Shown one piece after another: positions 1 to 9,867 of a DNA stretch of 64,000 nucleotides. Every line of letters starts with the position of its first letter. Position 1 is the first letter of the stretch. Source of the stretch: Nitrospirota bacterium. Lineage in GTDB: Bacteria > Nitrospirota > Thermodesulfovibrionia > Thermodesulfovibrionales > JdFR-86. Position numbers and translations under genes: made by a program. Under the pieces are notes generated by a model that saw only the letters and a list, made by a program, of their open reading frames with translations, had not been told where the DNA came from and ran no database searches. The stretch covers positions 64,001 to 128,000 of the forward strand of contig CAVRJY010000001.1 in NCBI GenBank assembly GCA_963721805.1, read 5' to 3'.

Positions 1-1388
1 ATCTTCCGGCTGAACAGCAGCAGCCTGTTGGTGAGCCTCGCCGCCCTCTCCCCGGCGGCGAGCACCTCTCTTAGCTGCTCTTGCGCGGTCTGGTCGCCGC
101 CCAGATGGTCCATCACCATCGAGCCGTAGCCCAGGATCACGTTGAGCATGTTGTTGAAGTCGTGCGCGATGCCGCCCGCCAGCGTGCCGACGGCCTCCAT
201 CTTCTGGGAGTGGCGGAGCTGGGCCTCGAGCTTTTTGCTCTCTGTGATGTCATTGATGACCTCGATGATGGCCGTCACCTTCCCCGAGGCGTCCTTGAGC
301 GGAAATGACCTTATCTCCAGATAGACGGGGTTGCCCTTCCCGTCGCGATGGACGTGCAGGGCCGTAAGCGGCTCGGCAGTCTCGAAGACCGCTTCCAGCG
401 GGCATTTCATCCCCAGCTCTTTGCATGGCTTGTCAATATGGTGGGAACAGATATAGCACGGCCTGCCGAGGAGCTCCTCAAGCGGGGTCCCGGCCTGCTC
501 GCAAAAAGCGCGGTTCGCGGCGATTATGCGGTAGTCCCGGCCGATAACGATGATCCCCTCCCCGACGCTCTCCAGGATGCTGCGGTTAAACTCCTCGCTC
601 TTCCTGAGCGCCTCCTGCGTGCGCTTGCGTTCGGTGATATTGTCGAAGACCGCGACGAAATACCCCCTCTTGGGGCTGTATACGGTGATGTCAAACCATA
701 TGCTCAGCGCTTCGACGTAGATCTCAAACCGCTCCGGTTTGCCTGAGATCGCGACCCTGCCGTAGGTCTCGAACAGCTCGGGGCTCGACTGCCGGATGCC
801 GGGGATCAGCTCGCAGACGGTCTTGCCGCAGACCTCGTACAGCCCGGTCAGGGTCTCGAACGCGGGGTTTACGTCCAGGTAGACGAAGTCCACAGGCACG
901 CCTTCTTCGTATACCATCCGGCAGTAAGCGTAACCGTTGAGCATGTTTTCAAACAGCGAGCGGTAATGCTCCCGGCTCTCCCTCAGCTCCTCCTCGGCCC
1001 GCTTGCGCCCGGTGATGTCTCTTACGACCTCGATGCCCGCTATGATATTGCCCTCAGGGTCTTTTAAGGCCGAGGCGGTATTCTCTAGCACGACCGCGCC
1101 GCCTGGGGTGAGCACGGACCGCTCGGAGGTGTGGGTCTCCCCGTCCTCGAAAGATAGCGCTACGGGGCAGCCCTCGCAGATATGCTCGCGGCCTTCATAG
1201 GCCTTGTAGCAGCACTCTCCGACGTGGTTGCCGATAATGTCTATCGCGGCCTGGTTTTGGTAGAGGATCCTGTAATCCCTGCCCTGGATCGTGATGGCGT
1301 CGCCGATAGCGGCAAGGATGGCTGTCAGCCCTGCGTTGTTTAACGCGCTTTTTAAGTCCTCTTCCGCCTTGTTCCGTCTGGAATCCAT
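1..1388 (-). CDS. Multi-PAS sensor histidine kinase (3' end runs off the window)
   Basis: Translated by eye from ATG at 1388 (SD GGAGG upstream). Three PAS/PAC units end in DITGRKRAEE, DNITERKRTQE and DITESKKLE, followed by the H-box QKMEAVGTLAGGIAHDFNN. Not in the ORF track because it lacks a stop. Confidence 0.9.
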   Translation of the reverse strand, partial: MDSRRNKAEEDLKSALNNAGLTAILAAIGDAITIQGRDYRILYQNQAAIDIIGNHVGECCYKAYEGREHICEGCPVALSFEDGETHTSERSVLTPGGAVVLENTASALKDPEGNIIAGIEVVRDITGRKRAEEELRESREHYRSLFENMLNGYAYCRMVYEEGVPVDFVYLDVNPAFETLTGLYEVCGKTVCELIPGIRQSSPELFETYGRVAISGKPERFEIYVEALSIWFDITVYSPKRGYFVAVFDNITERKRTQEALRKSEEFNRSILESVGEGIIVIGRDYRIIAANRAFCEQAGTPLEELLGRPCYICSHHIDKPCKELGMKCPLEAVFETAEPLTALHVHRDGKGNPVYLEIRSFPLKDASGKVTAIIEVINDITESKKLEAQLRHSQKMEAVGTLAGGIAHDFNNMLNVILGYGSMVMDHLGGDQTAQEQLREVLAAGERAARLTNRLLLFSRK

Positions 1389-1510
1389 CTTCCTCCCCGT
1401 GGTCTGCCCTACCATAATCCTAGGCCGCCCGCATCGCCATGTCAATAATTATCCTGTCAGGGGAGACGGGACGGGTATCCGCCGGCCAAAAACAGTGATA
1501 CAATCTGAGA

Positions 1511-2260
1511 ATGACTCCGGCAGCGCAGAAAAACGGCTCGATCTTCCCGCTGGCATGCCTGCTGACGGCGGTCGCGATGGCGGTGGTGCTGACGGCCTCC
1601 GGCCTCGGCAACAGGTGGGGCTGGTGGGGGTTCCTGATCGGGCTTAAGATACTCACGTTCGCGGCGTTTGCCGAGGCCGCCGTGGCGGTCGTCTCGCTCG
1701 GGGGCTGCTTTATAGGCGCGAGATCGAGCAAGGGGCTGGTCATGCTGATCGCGGCTGTAGTCATCGCGGTCGCGGTCCTGAGCGTCCCGCTTCGGATGGC
1801 ATCGGCCGCAAAACGCCTTCCGTATATCCATGACATCACGACCGACACCGTAAACCCCCCGAGCTTCGACGATGCGATCCGGAAGTTGAGGGCAGGCTCC
1901 CCGAACTCGCTGGACTACGCAGGACCCTCCGTGGCCGAGCAGCAGCTGAAGGCCTACCCCTACGTCAAGCCGCTCCTGCTCGCCCTCCCGCCGGGGCGGG
2001 CTTATGAGGCCGCGCTTGCGGCCGCGCGGGCGCTCAAATGGGATATCGTGGGCACCGACCCATCCCTCGGGATGATCGAGGCCACGGACACTACGTTGTG
2101 GTTCGGGTTCAAGGACGACATCGCGGTCAGGATCACTGCGGCCGACGGGGGCAGCAGGATAGACGTGCGCTCGGTATCCAGGGTCGGCAAGAGCGACATC
2201 GGCAAAAACGCAGAGAGGATCCGGCGCTATCTCAAGGAGCTCCAGGCGCTTGCATCTTAG
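1511..2260 (+). CDS. DUF1499 membrane protein
   Basis: Three N-terminal TM helices, then IHDITTD, WFGFKDDIAVRI and DVRSVSRVGKSDIGKNAERI motifs. Confidence 0.85.
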   Translation: MTPAAQKNGSIFPLACLLTAVAMAVVLTASGLGNRWGWWGFLIGLKILTFAAFAEAAVAVVSLGGCFIGARSSKGLVMLIAAVVIAVAVLSVPLRMASAAKRLPYIHDITTDTVNPPSFDDAIRKLRAGSPNSLDYAGPSVAEQQLKAYPYVKPLLLALPPGRAYEAALAAARALKWDIVGTDPSLGMIEATDTTLWFGFKDDIAVRITAADGGSRIDVRSVSRVGKSDIGKNAERIRRYLKELQALAS

Positions 2261-2367
2261 CGAAGCCATTTAACCGCAGCCCCCCTGATCCCAGGGGCCG
2301 GATGGCCCCCTTGCTTTAAAGAAAGGCTGCCCGTGGTGCCGAGAAGGGGGCCGGTTGGCCCCTTGCT

Positions 2368-3150
2368 TTAAGGAGAAGGGGTCTGTGACCCCCATCTGGC
2401 GAGGTTGTGCGCCAGCTTGAGATTGTCCCCTGTGATAAACGCGTTTTGAAATACCGCATCGTCGCCGAATACGAGGTAGCGCCCCTTGCCCATATGCCCC
2501 TCCGCGACCAGCCCGATCGGGCCATGCGGTTCGCCGGCGTCAGGCTTGCCGTTATTGTTTTCGTCCACGAACGCCCCCGCGCTGGTGTTGGCGATGATCA
2601 CGGCGTCCGGCCGCGCCGGGGTAAGCCCCCATACGCCATAGAGCCCGAAGCCGCCTATGCCCTTAAACAGCGGGTGGCCCGCGGCGAGGCTTACCGCGCG
2701 GAAGTTCCGGGCATCGCCGCCGAGCGCGGCCGGGCCGGTCTCGGTGATCGGGGCCCGCGTGGCCTTGACGCCCAGGTGCTCGAGCAGCCCGCTTACGGAG
2801 GGCGCTACGTGCAGCATCACCACGAGCGTGCCCCCTCGGTTTAAAAACGCGTCGACGTTGGCGGTCTCGGCCTCGCTTGGGGTGTTCATCGGCCCCGACA
2901 TCACAAGGACGTCAGGCTCGGCGAGGCGCTCTGCGGTGAGCGCGCCGTACGTGCCCCTGACGGTGTAGCCCTCCGAGACGAAGACCCCGGCCAGGGTCCC
3001 CAGGTCGAGCCTCTCGTTGCGCTCTATGCGGAAGAGCTCCCCGTGGCTCTGGTCGAAGAGCACGACAGGGCGGCGTCCGTCATGCGGGGCGGTGGCGCAG
3101 GCTGCCAGCATGATCAGGGCCGCCATGGCCGCTATCAGTGTCCCTCTCAT
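2368..3150 (-). CDS. Lipoprotein with GATase-like/DUF4350-type fold
   Basis: Lipobox LAAC; VLFDQSHGE start and GRYLVFGDDAVFQN...NL end. Confidence 0.65.
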   Translation of the reverse strand: MRGTLIAAMAALIMLAACATAPHDGRRPVVLFDQSHGELFRIERNERLDLGTLAGVFVSEGYTVRGTYGALTAERLAEPDVLVMSGPMNTPSEAETANVDAFLNRGGTLVVMLHVAPSVSGLLEHLGVKATRAPITETGPAALGGDARNFRAVSLAAGHPLFKGIGGFGLYGVWGLTPARPDAVIIANTSAGAFVDENNNGKPDAGEPHGPIGLVAEGHMGKGRYLVFGDDAVFQNAFITGDNLKLAHNLARWGSQTPSP

Positions 3151-3902
3151 TTTCCCTCGCTATCGCCCTTCGTGGCAGGAGCCGTTGTCAGCTTCCCGAT
3201 GTATTTGTTGAGCGGGTTTGACCGCTTCAGAAACGGGATCGGCGGCTGGCGCCTCTTGCCCATCGCGCTGATCTCGGCGATAAGGTCCGGGTTCTCGGGC
3301 TCGTACCGCAGGCCCTTGTTGAAATACGCTGCCGCCTCGCTCCTCTTTCCGGCCGCCAGGTGCGCGCGGCCCAGGTTGAGGTAAAACGTGGGGTAGAGGT
3401 ACTCAAGCCCGAACGGCACCCTGCGCTTGAGTTCGGTGATCGCGCGCTTGCACATCTCTATGCCGGCCGAATGCTTGCGGTCCACCATCGAGAGCATGAC
3501 GCCGTAGTATGAAAGCAGGAACGGGTCGTCGGGGTGCACGGCCATCGCCTCCTTGAGCATCTGGACAGCGGCCGAGGTCCGGCGGGCCCGCAGGTGCGCA
3601 TTGAGCTCAGATATGTACTCGGCCTGGGACATCCCGCCCGTGCCGAGGGCCGCCCTGAAGACCTGCACCGCTACCGCGTCCTGCCTCCGGATGAACTCCT
3701 CGAGCTTCGCGGTCTCGCCGGGGTCGATGTTGCACGCCACGCGGTGCTCCTGCAGGATCTCGCCCTGCCGGTACAGCCTGCTGACGACGACCGAGTGGGC
3801 TGGCTCGTATTCGGTCACGACCATCAGGTCCTGGTCGAGCTTGCTGTTGATGACGCCCCCCATTCCCCTGGACTTTATGTCTATCCTGTCACGCTCTGTC
3901 AT
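3147..3902 (-). CDS. TPR-containing protein
   Basis: TPR helices (FYLNLGRAHLAAGKRSEAAAYFNKGLRYEPEN); 4-bp overlap with the downstream gene. Start at 3902 is inferred. Confidence 0.7.
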   Translation of the reverse strand: MTERDRIDIKSRGMGGVINSKLDQDLMVVTEYEPAHSVVVSRLYRQGEILQEHRVACNIDPGETAKLEEFIRRQDAVAVQVFRAALGTGGMSQAEYISELNAHLRARRTSAAVQMLKEAMAVHPDDPFLLSYYGVMLSMVDRKHSAGIEMCKRAITELKRRVPFGLEYLYPTFYLNLGRAHLAAGKRSEAAAYFNKGLRYEPENPDLIAEISAMGKRRQPPIPFLKRSNPLNKYIGKLTTAPATKGDSEGK

Positions 3903-3991
3903 GGTTTTGTTATAATTATATATGACTCGGGGGGAAATCATAACTTTTTTAATACGGCCGGCCAGTTTTCCGGCATTTTCATGGGGGTTAG

Positions 3992-5404
3992 ATGCGGCTT
4001 CGTAGCATCCTCGTACTGCTGGCGTTAATCGTCTCGGCCGCCTGCACCCCGCAAGTGAAACCGCCGGCCGTGGCCGGCGCGTTCTACCCGGCAGACCCGG
4101 CGGAACTCCGAAGCACCGTCAAAGATTTCCTCGACCATGCCGGCCCGAGACAGCCCGACGAGGGCAGGATGCTGGCCCTGATCACGCCGCACGCCGGATA
4201 CGCCTACTCCGGGCAGGTCGCCGCCTACGGGTATAAAAACCTGCCGCCGGACATCGACACCGTGGTCCTTATCGGCCCGAGCCACCACGAGGCGTTCACT
4301 GGCGCCTCCGTCTACACCGAGGGCGCGTTTCAGACCCCCCTTGGCGACGTCCCGATAGACGAGACCCTGGCCAGCTCGCTCATAGACCCATACAGCGACG
4401 TGGCATTCCTGCCCGGTGCGTACGCAAAGGAGCACTCCCTCGAGGTCCAGCTCCCGTTTCTGCAAAGCGTGCTCGGCAAGTTCAAGATCGTCCCGGTGCT
4501 CGTCGGCCGCCCGACGCGCAACATGTTCGACCACCTGGCCACCGCGATAGCCCGCATACTCGCCGAAAACCCCAGGGCCATCGCCATCGCAAGCTCCGAC
4601 ATGTCGCACTACCACCCCTATGACAGCGCGCTTAAAAAAGACGCCTTTATGATCGAGTCCATCGAGTCTCTCGCTCCCAACCAGTGCGAACAGACCGCTT
4701 TCTCCGGCAACGGCGAGCTCTGCGGGCTCTATCCCGTAATGATCACGCTTGAGGCCGCACGCCGCATGGGCGCCAACGAGACCGTCAAGTTCATGTACGC
4801 CAACTCCGGCGACACGACCGGGAAACTCGACAGCGTCGTCGGATACCTCTCGATGGGCATCTATAAATCCCCGCTTACCGCGGACGAAAAACAGCAGATC
4901 CTCTCGCTGGCCAGAAGCGCTATAAGCGAGGGCGTGCTCAAGGGCGACGAGCTGGAGTTCCAGACCGCGCTGCCCCGCCTGCGCGCCGACGCGGCCGTCT
5001 TCGTGACGATCAACCGGCAGGGACGCCTCAGGGGATGCATAGGCACCGTATTCCCTACCATGCCGCTCTATAAGTCGATCATCAAAAACTCGATAGCAGC
5101 CGCCCTGCACGACAATCGCTTCAAGCCCATGACCCCGCCTGAGCTCAATGACATGCAGATCGAGGTCTCGATCCTTTCGCCGATGATCCCGGTGAGCAAC
5201 CCCCAGGATATCGTCGTCGGCCGCGACGGCCTCTACATCGTCAAGGACAAGCATAACGGCATCCTCCTGCCACAGGTGCCGGTCGAGTTCGGCTGGAGCC
5301 GCGAGGAGTACCTCCAGCACCTGGCCGAGAAGGCCGGCCTCCCCCCTGACGCCTGGCGCGAACATGCCCAGATCTACCGCTTCGAGGCCGAAGTCCTCCA
5401 GTAG
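3992..5404 (+). CDS. amrB: AmmeMemoRadiSam protein B (Memo) fused to protein A (AMMECR1)
   Basis: Memo motifs PAVAGAFYP, PHAGYAYSG, EHSLEVQLPFLQ and SSDMSHY; AMMECR1 motifs VFVTI..LRGCIG, DNRF and GILLPQVP. Confidence 0.9.
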   Translation: MRLRSILVLLALIVSAACTPQVKPPAVAGAFYPADPAELRSTVKDFLDHAGPRQPDEGRMLALITPHAGYAYSGQVAAYGYKNLPPDIDTVVLIGPSHHEAFTGASVYTEGAFQTPLGDVPIDETLASSLIDPYSDVAFLPGAYAKEHSLEVQLPFLQSVLGKFKIVPVLVGRPTRNMFDHLATAIARILAENPRAIAIASSDMSHYHPYDSALKKDAFMIESIESLAPNQCEQTAFSGNGELCGLYPVMITLEAARRMGANETVKFMYANSGDTTGKLDSVVGYLSMGIYKSPLTADEKQQILSLARSAISEGVLKGDELEFQTALPRLRADAAVFVTINRQGRLRGCIGTVFPTMPLYKSIIKNSIAAALHDNRFKPMTPPELNDMQIEVSILSPMIPVSNPQDIVVGRDGLYIVKDKHNGILLPQVPVEFGWSREEYLQHLAEKAGLPPDAWREHAQIYRFEAEVLQ

Positions 5405-5469
5405 GGGGCAGCGCCCCCTGGCAAATATTCACGGGGAGAATCCCCGCTCACCTATTCGCGCTGCTCACT

Positions 5470-5897
5470 TTGAATCTATATCCAATTCCGTAAGACTTTC
5501 CGTAGGACATGTAAGTATAAAAAGATAGTAGCTGTAGTAGGGGGAAGATTTATGTTGGTAACCTTGTAACCACCTGTTATTTATAAAGAGATAGGCTTCC
5601 TGATAATGTTCAGTTAACGGCCGGGTTATCCACAAAATTCCACATATGAGGTTATCAAGGTATTATTGACACTCCTGCTTCGGGGTTTCTTCAGTGGATG
5701 TTAACAGGGCGGAGATCAGCTTGTTTTTATATGAGTGGGGCAGGGGCCCCGCTCATAAGTGAGGGGTGCCATCGGCAACCCGAATATTTGCAGGGGGACG
5801 CTGTCCCCGGACGGTGGTTTTATCGCCGCGAATATTCTATAATACGGCACTTCATCAATCCTGACTTATTAACAATTGTTTATAAGGTGTCAACAAC
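5470..5897. promoter_or_regulatory. Probable oriC region upstream of dnaA
   Basis: AT-rich intergenic region with a perfect DnaA box TTATCCACA at 5626-5634 and relaxed boxes near 5636, 5662, 5866 and 5877. Confidence 0.75.
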
Positions 5898-7231
5898 ATG
5901 AACACCCAAGAGATATGGGACAGCTTTCTCCAAACGGCCCGGACCGAGCTTGGCGACGCGGTATGCGAGCTATGGTTTTCGAGCATGAAGCTCACGGCGC
6001 TCAAAGACGGCAGGGCCACGGTAGAGGTCCCGAACCACTTCTTCAAGGAATGGGTGCAGGACAACCATAGCCAGTTCCTGCCGCGGGTCCTGAGCGAGCT
6101 CACGGGCATTCCGGTTGAGGTCAGGCTCCATATATCTGACAAAGAGGACAAGGACCTCAGGAAGTCGGACGAGAAGATCGAGCGAAGGCAGCAGTCGCTT
6201 GCGAAGAAGGGAATATTCCTCAATCCGAAGTACACGTTTGCGAACTTCGTTCGCGGTGCGAGCAACGAGTTTGCGCGCGGCGCGTCCCTGAAGGCGGCCG
6301 AGGCCCCGGGCCGGGTATATAACCCGCTGTTCATATATGGCGGGGTCGGCCTCGGCAAGACCCACCTGATCACCGCGATCGGCAACAAGATACTCGCCAA
6401 GCACCCCTCCTACAGGGTCCATTACGTCCCGGTCGAGCAGTTCACGAACGAGGTCGTCTCGGCGATACGCCATGCGCGCACCGAGGAGCTGAAGGAGAAG
6501 TACCGGGAGCTCGACGTCCTGCTGATAGACGACGTGCAGATGCTCGAGGGCAAGCAGGCGACCGAGAACGAGCTCTTCCATACCTTCAACGTGCTCTACG
6601 AGAGCCAGAAGCAGATCGTGATCTCGAGCGACCGGCCGCCGGTGGAGATAACGTCCATCACGGACCGCCTGCGCTCGCGCTTCGGGATGGGCCTGGTCGC
6701 TGACATCCAGCCGCCCGGAGATGGAGACGAAGCTCGCGATCATTCAAAGGCGCGTCGAGGCCGACCGCCTGCACCTGCCCGACGAGGTCGCCTATTACAT
6801 CGCCTCGCGGATAAAGAGCAACGTCCGCGACCTCGAGGGCTGCATCATCCGGCTGGGGGCTTATTCGTCGCTGAGCGGCCACGCGATAGATTTACATATC
6901 GCAAAGACCGTGTTAAAGGATATAATCAGGGACGACGACCGGCCGCTCACGGTCGAGGAGGTCGTAAAGGAAGTGGCCGAGTTCTACGGCGTGAAGCTCG
7001 TGGACATCAAGGCCAAGAGGCGGACGCGCGACATAGCGCTGCCGAGGCAGGTCGCGATGTACCTCAGCGCGCGAGCTCACCGGGGCCTCGCTTGGCGAGA
7101 TCGGCAAGGCGCTCGGGGGCAAGGACCACGCCACCGTGATTTACGCCTGCAAGCAGATGGAGAAGAAGCGGACCGAGGACGAATCCTTCGGCCGCATGAT
7201 CGATAAACTCAAGGGGAAGATAGCCCCGTAA
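5898..7231 (+). CDS. dnaA: Chromosomal replication initiator DnaA (two apparent +1 frameshifts, ~6715 and ~7067)
   Basis: [24 protein letters not shown] and DRLRSRF in frame 1; SNVRDLEG and PRQVAMYL in frame 2; [21 protein letters not shown] in frame 3, stop TAA 7229-7231. Confidence 0.93.
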
Positions 7232-7261
7232 TGACCGCGCTCAGAGGAGGACTCGGGGGAG

Positions 7262-8360
7262 ATGAAGCTTAAAATCGCAAGGCAGGAGCTGGTCGACCGG
7301 CTCGCCAACATCCAGAACATTGTCGAGAAGCGCAACACGATGCCCATACTGAGCCACTTCCTCCTCGACGTAAAAAAGAAGGGCTCCTCTATCACGGCCA
7401 CTGACATCGAGACCGCTATACGCGAGCCCATAGAGGCCGCAGCGGACCAGGAGGGGCGCCTATGCATCCCGGCGCGGAAGCTCTATGAGATCGTAAAGGA
7501 GATCGACGCGGACCTCGTGCTTCAGTCCGACGACTCGCAGTGGCTGCGCGTCGCGGCCGGCCGGAGCACGTTCAGGCTTGCGTGTCTCGCGCCCAGAGGA
7601 GTTCCCGGCATGGCCGGCGATGGACAAGTCCGTCGATTTCGAGCTCGACGGCGCGGTGCTGCTTCAGATAATAGAAAAGACGCTGTATTCGGCCGGCGAG
7701 AGCGACACGCGCTACACGCTTAACGGCCTGCTGATGCACATAGAGGGCGCGAAGCTCACGGTCGTAGGAACGGACGGCCACCGCATGGCCGTGATCGAAC
7801 GAACGCTGCCCTCCGCGCCCTCGGCCGAGGAGAAGAAGGTCATCGTCCCTAGGAAGACCGCCTCTGAGCTCAGGAAATTCCTCGGCAAGGACGGCAAGGT
7901 CCGCATCGTGCTTGGGAGCAACCATATCATGTTCCAGATAGGCGACGTCGAGTTCCTCGCGCGCATGATCGACGGGACTTACCCCAACTACCTGCAGGTC
8001 ATCCCGGCCGAGACGCCGCGCACGATAGTGGCCAACCGCGAGGCCGTGCTGCGCGCGCTCCGCAGGGTCTCGGTGATGAGCAAGGAGCGCTCCAATGCGG
8101 TGAAGGCCGATATAGAGAGCGGCGTGCTTAGGCTCGCGTCCTCGAACCCGGATTTGGGCGAGGCCAGCGACGAGGTGCCGGTGGAGTACGAGGGCGAGGC
8201 GATGTCGGTAGGCTATAACGCCCGCTACCTGATGGACGTGCTTGGGGCAATGAGTTCCGAGAAAATCACGATAGGGCTCAAAGACCAGCTCAGCCCGTCG
8301 CTGGTGACGGAAGAGGGCGACACGGGGTATCGCTGCGTAGTCATGCCCATGAGAATTTAG
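7262..8360 (+). CDS. dnaN: DNA polymerase III beta clamp (one apparent +1 frameshift ~7593)
   Basis: KRNTMPILSH at the N-terminus; continues in the next frame with EEFP, VGTDGHRM, GTYPNY and VVMPMRI. Confidence 0.93.
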
Positions 8361-8381
8361 TCACTATTTGCTGTAACCATC

Positions 8382-8411
8382 GGGGGGCCGCTTGGCCCCC
8401 CTTTCTTTTTT
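8382..8411 (+). terminator. Intrinsic terminator after dnaN (GGGGCC-N4-GGCCCC mini-hairpin family)
   Basis: GGGGGGCC-GCTT-GGCCCCCC followed by a T-tract. Confidence 0.7.
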
Positions 8412-8412
8412 C

Positions 8413-8592
8413 AAAGCGCTCCAAATCGCTTGATACTGCGTTGGGCTTCAAAGACTCGCCCTCTATGTACGTCACAGTACACCATCGGGCGGTCTTCTCG
8501 CCCTGCCTTGTCTGAAGCCGATTTGGCCGCGCTTTCGGGGGTTGGTCGCGGCTCCGCCGCTGGACCCCCGCGCCCCCAAGGTCAAAGGCATT
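8413..8592 (-). repeat. Dispersed long-hairpin element, copy 1 (core 8413-8535 plus TTGACC leader)
   Basis: Reverse complement of the AAAGCGC..CCAAATCGGCTTCAGACAAGG..TGTAC-N6-GTACA..GTATCAAGCGATTTGGAGCGCTTT consensus. Confidence 0.92.
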
Positions 8593-8667
8593 ACTGAAAA
8601 ACTTCTTGGAATGCACAGGGCAGTTGCGGTATGATTTGCGCATGACCTTGCGTGGAGAAAGATTATT

Positions 8668-9426
8668 ATGAACGACCCTAACGGAGTATCTGCTCCTATC
8701 ATCCATCGCATAAAGCGACCTCGGGGTTTTACAATCTTGGCTTTCCTTCAAGCATTTTTGGCTGTTGGTGGAATCGGTAACGGTATTTTTCTCGATTCAT
8801 CATATGGTAGCGTCCCCAAACTCTTAGCCCTTGTTTATGGTCTAGCTGCGCTGGCATCTGCGATAGGTCTTTGGACAGTTCGACCTTGGGCATTGCAGTC
8901 CACAATAATTTTGTCCATGGCGACATTAATACGAATATTCAATCTGCAATTTGGAGCGAATGAAAGCCAGAGCATTCCTTTGAGTGTATTTGTTCCATAT
9001 GTATTGGTAGTTGGTTTTTTATTAGTGCTGATGCTTTATTATGTCAAAAAAGAACTTTCGAGAAGCCTAACCAATAGCTTAGTTTCAGAAGGACTTATCC
9101 CTAACCCAAATAGCAAGCAAAGTGTTTCTGTGGTCAGATCAGTTTTATATTCCTGCATATTATTTTTGATCGTCTCGTTTATCAATTTTGTCATAACAAT
9201 AGTTTTCATAAGCAAGGATCTTGTCACAGGTGCCATCTTTAATGCATTATTAAACTTGCTGCCTATTTATCTTCTTGCAAAATATTTTATTGCGCCCTTA
9301 AAGAGCAAGACAATTTATATTGCGTTCTTCATAGGCTCAATCATCGCATCAGTTATTTTAGTGATACCGTATGGTGATTATGTTTGGGATTTTATTTTTG
9401 ATTTACTTAGACACCATTTTAATTAA
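8668..9426 (+). CDS. Hypothetical AT-rich multi-pass membrane protein
   Basis: 252-aa ORF with about 7 hydrophobic segments and SD GGAG; clearly lower GC than its flanks. Confidence 0.75.
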   Translation: MNDPNGVSAPIIHRIKRPRGFTILAFLQAFLAVGGIGNGIFLDSSYGSVPKLLALVYGLAALASAIGLWTVRPWALQSTIILSMATLIRIFNLQFGANESQSIPLSVFVPYVLVVGFLLVLMLYYVKKELSRSLTNSLVSEGLIPNPNSKQSVSVVRSVLYSCILFLIVSFINFVITIVFISKDLVTGAIFNALLNLLPIYLLAKYFIAPLKSKTIYIAFFIGSIIASVILVIPYGDYVWDFIFDLLRHHFN

Positions 9427-9507
9427 TAGTGACGGGACACGATAGTGACCGACGCATAAGAAGTCGCGGCAGCAGCAACGGCCCAAACAGTAACGCTGTT
9501 TACTCCG

Positions 9508-9650
9508 AAATCTTACATTTGGATTCGTCACATGTAAGATTAGCGCCCAAACTTTACATATGAGCTTGTCTTATGTAAGTTTAGACCTCCAATCTTACAT
9601 ATGGGTTCGTCATACGCAGGCCTAGTGTCCAAATCTTATACATGTCAGAC
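9508..9650. repeat. 41-bp-period degenerate palindromic tandem repeat (~3.5 units)
   Basis: TTACAT at 9513, 9554, 9595 and TTATAC at 9636; unit 1 is AATCTTACAT-N13-ATGTAAGATT. Confidence 0.75.
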
Positions 9651-9684
9651 CACGGAGGCCGAGCTGCACCGCTCACTTTTAATC

Positions 9685-9859
9685 AAAGCCATTGACCTTG
9701 TGGGGTGCGGGGGGCTCCTTTATTCTCTCCCCCGAAAGCGCGCCCAAATCGGCTTCAGACAAGGCAGGGCGAGAAGACCGCCCGATGGTGTACTTGGGCG
9801 TACATAGAGGGCGAGTCTTTGAAGCCCCCAACGACGTATCAAGCGATTTGGCGCGCTTT
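9685..9859 (+). repeat. Long-hairpin element, copy 2 (core 9735-9859)
   Basis: Near-identical to copy 3; TTGACC leader at 9692. Confidence 0.92.
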
Positions 9860-9867
9860 AGAGAGGA

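Noticed and set aside
6710..7600. Programmed frameshifting or true pseudogenisation of dnaA/dnaN
   Set aside because: There are no slippery heptamers, the genes are otherwise intact, and clustered single-base insertions fit consensus error.
9508..9650. CRISPR array
   Set aside because: Only about 3.5 degenerate units, intervening sequences are short and mutually similar, and no cas genes are in the window.
9692..9725. TTGACC leader as a sigma70 -35 box
   Set aside because: No consistent -10 hexamer lies 16-18 bp downstream across copies; the following sequence is G-rich.
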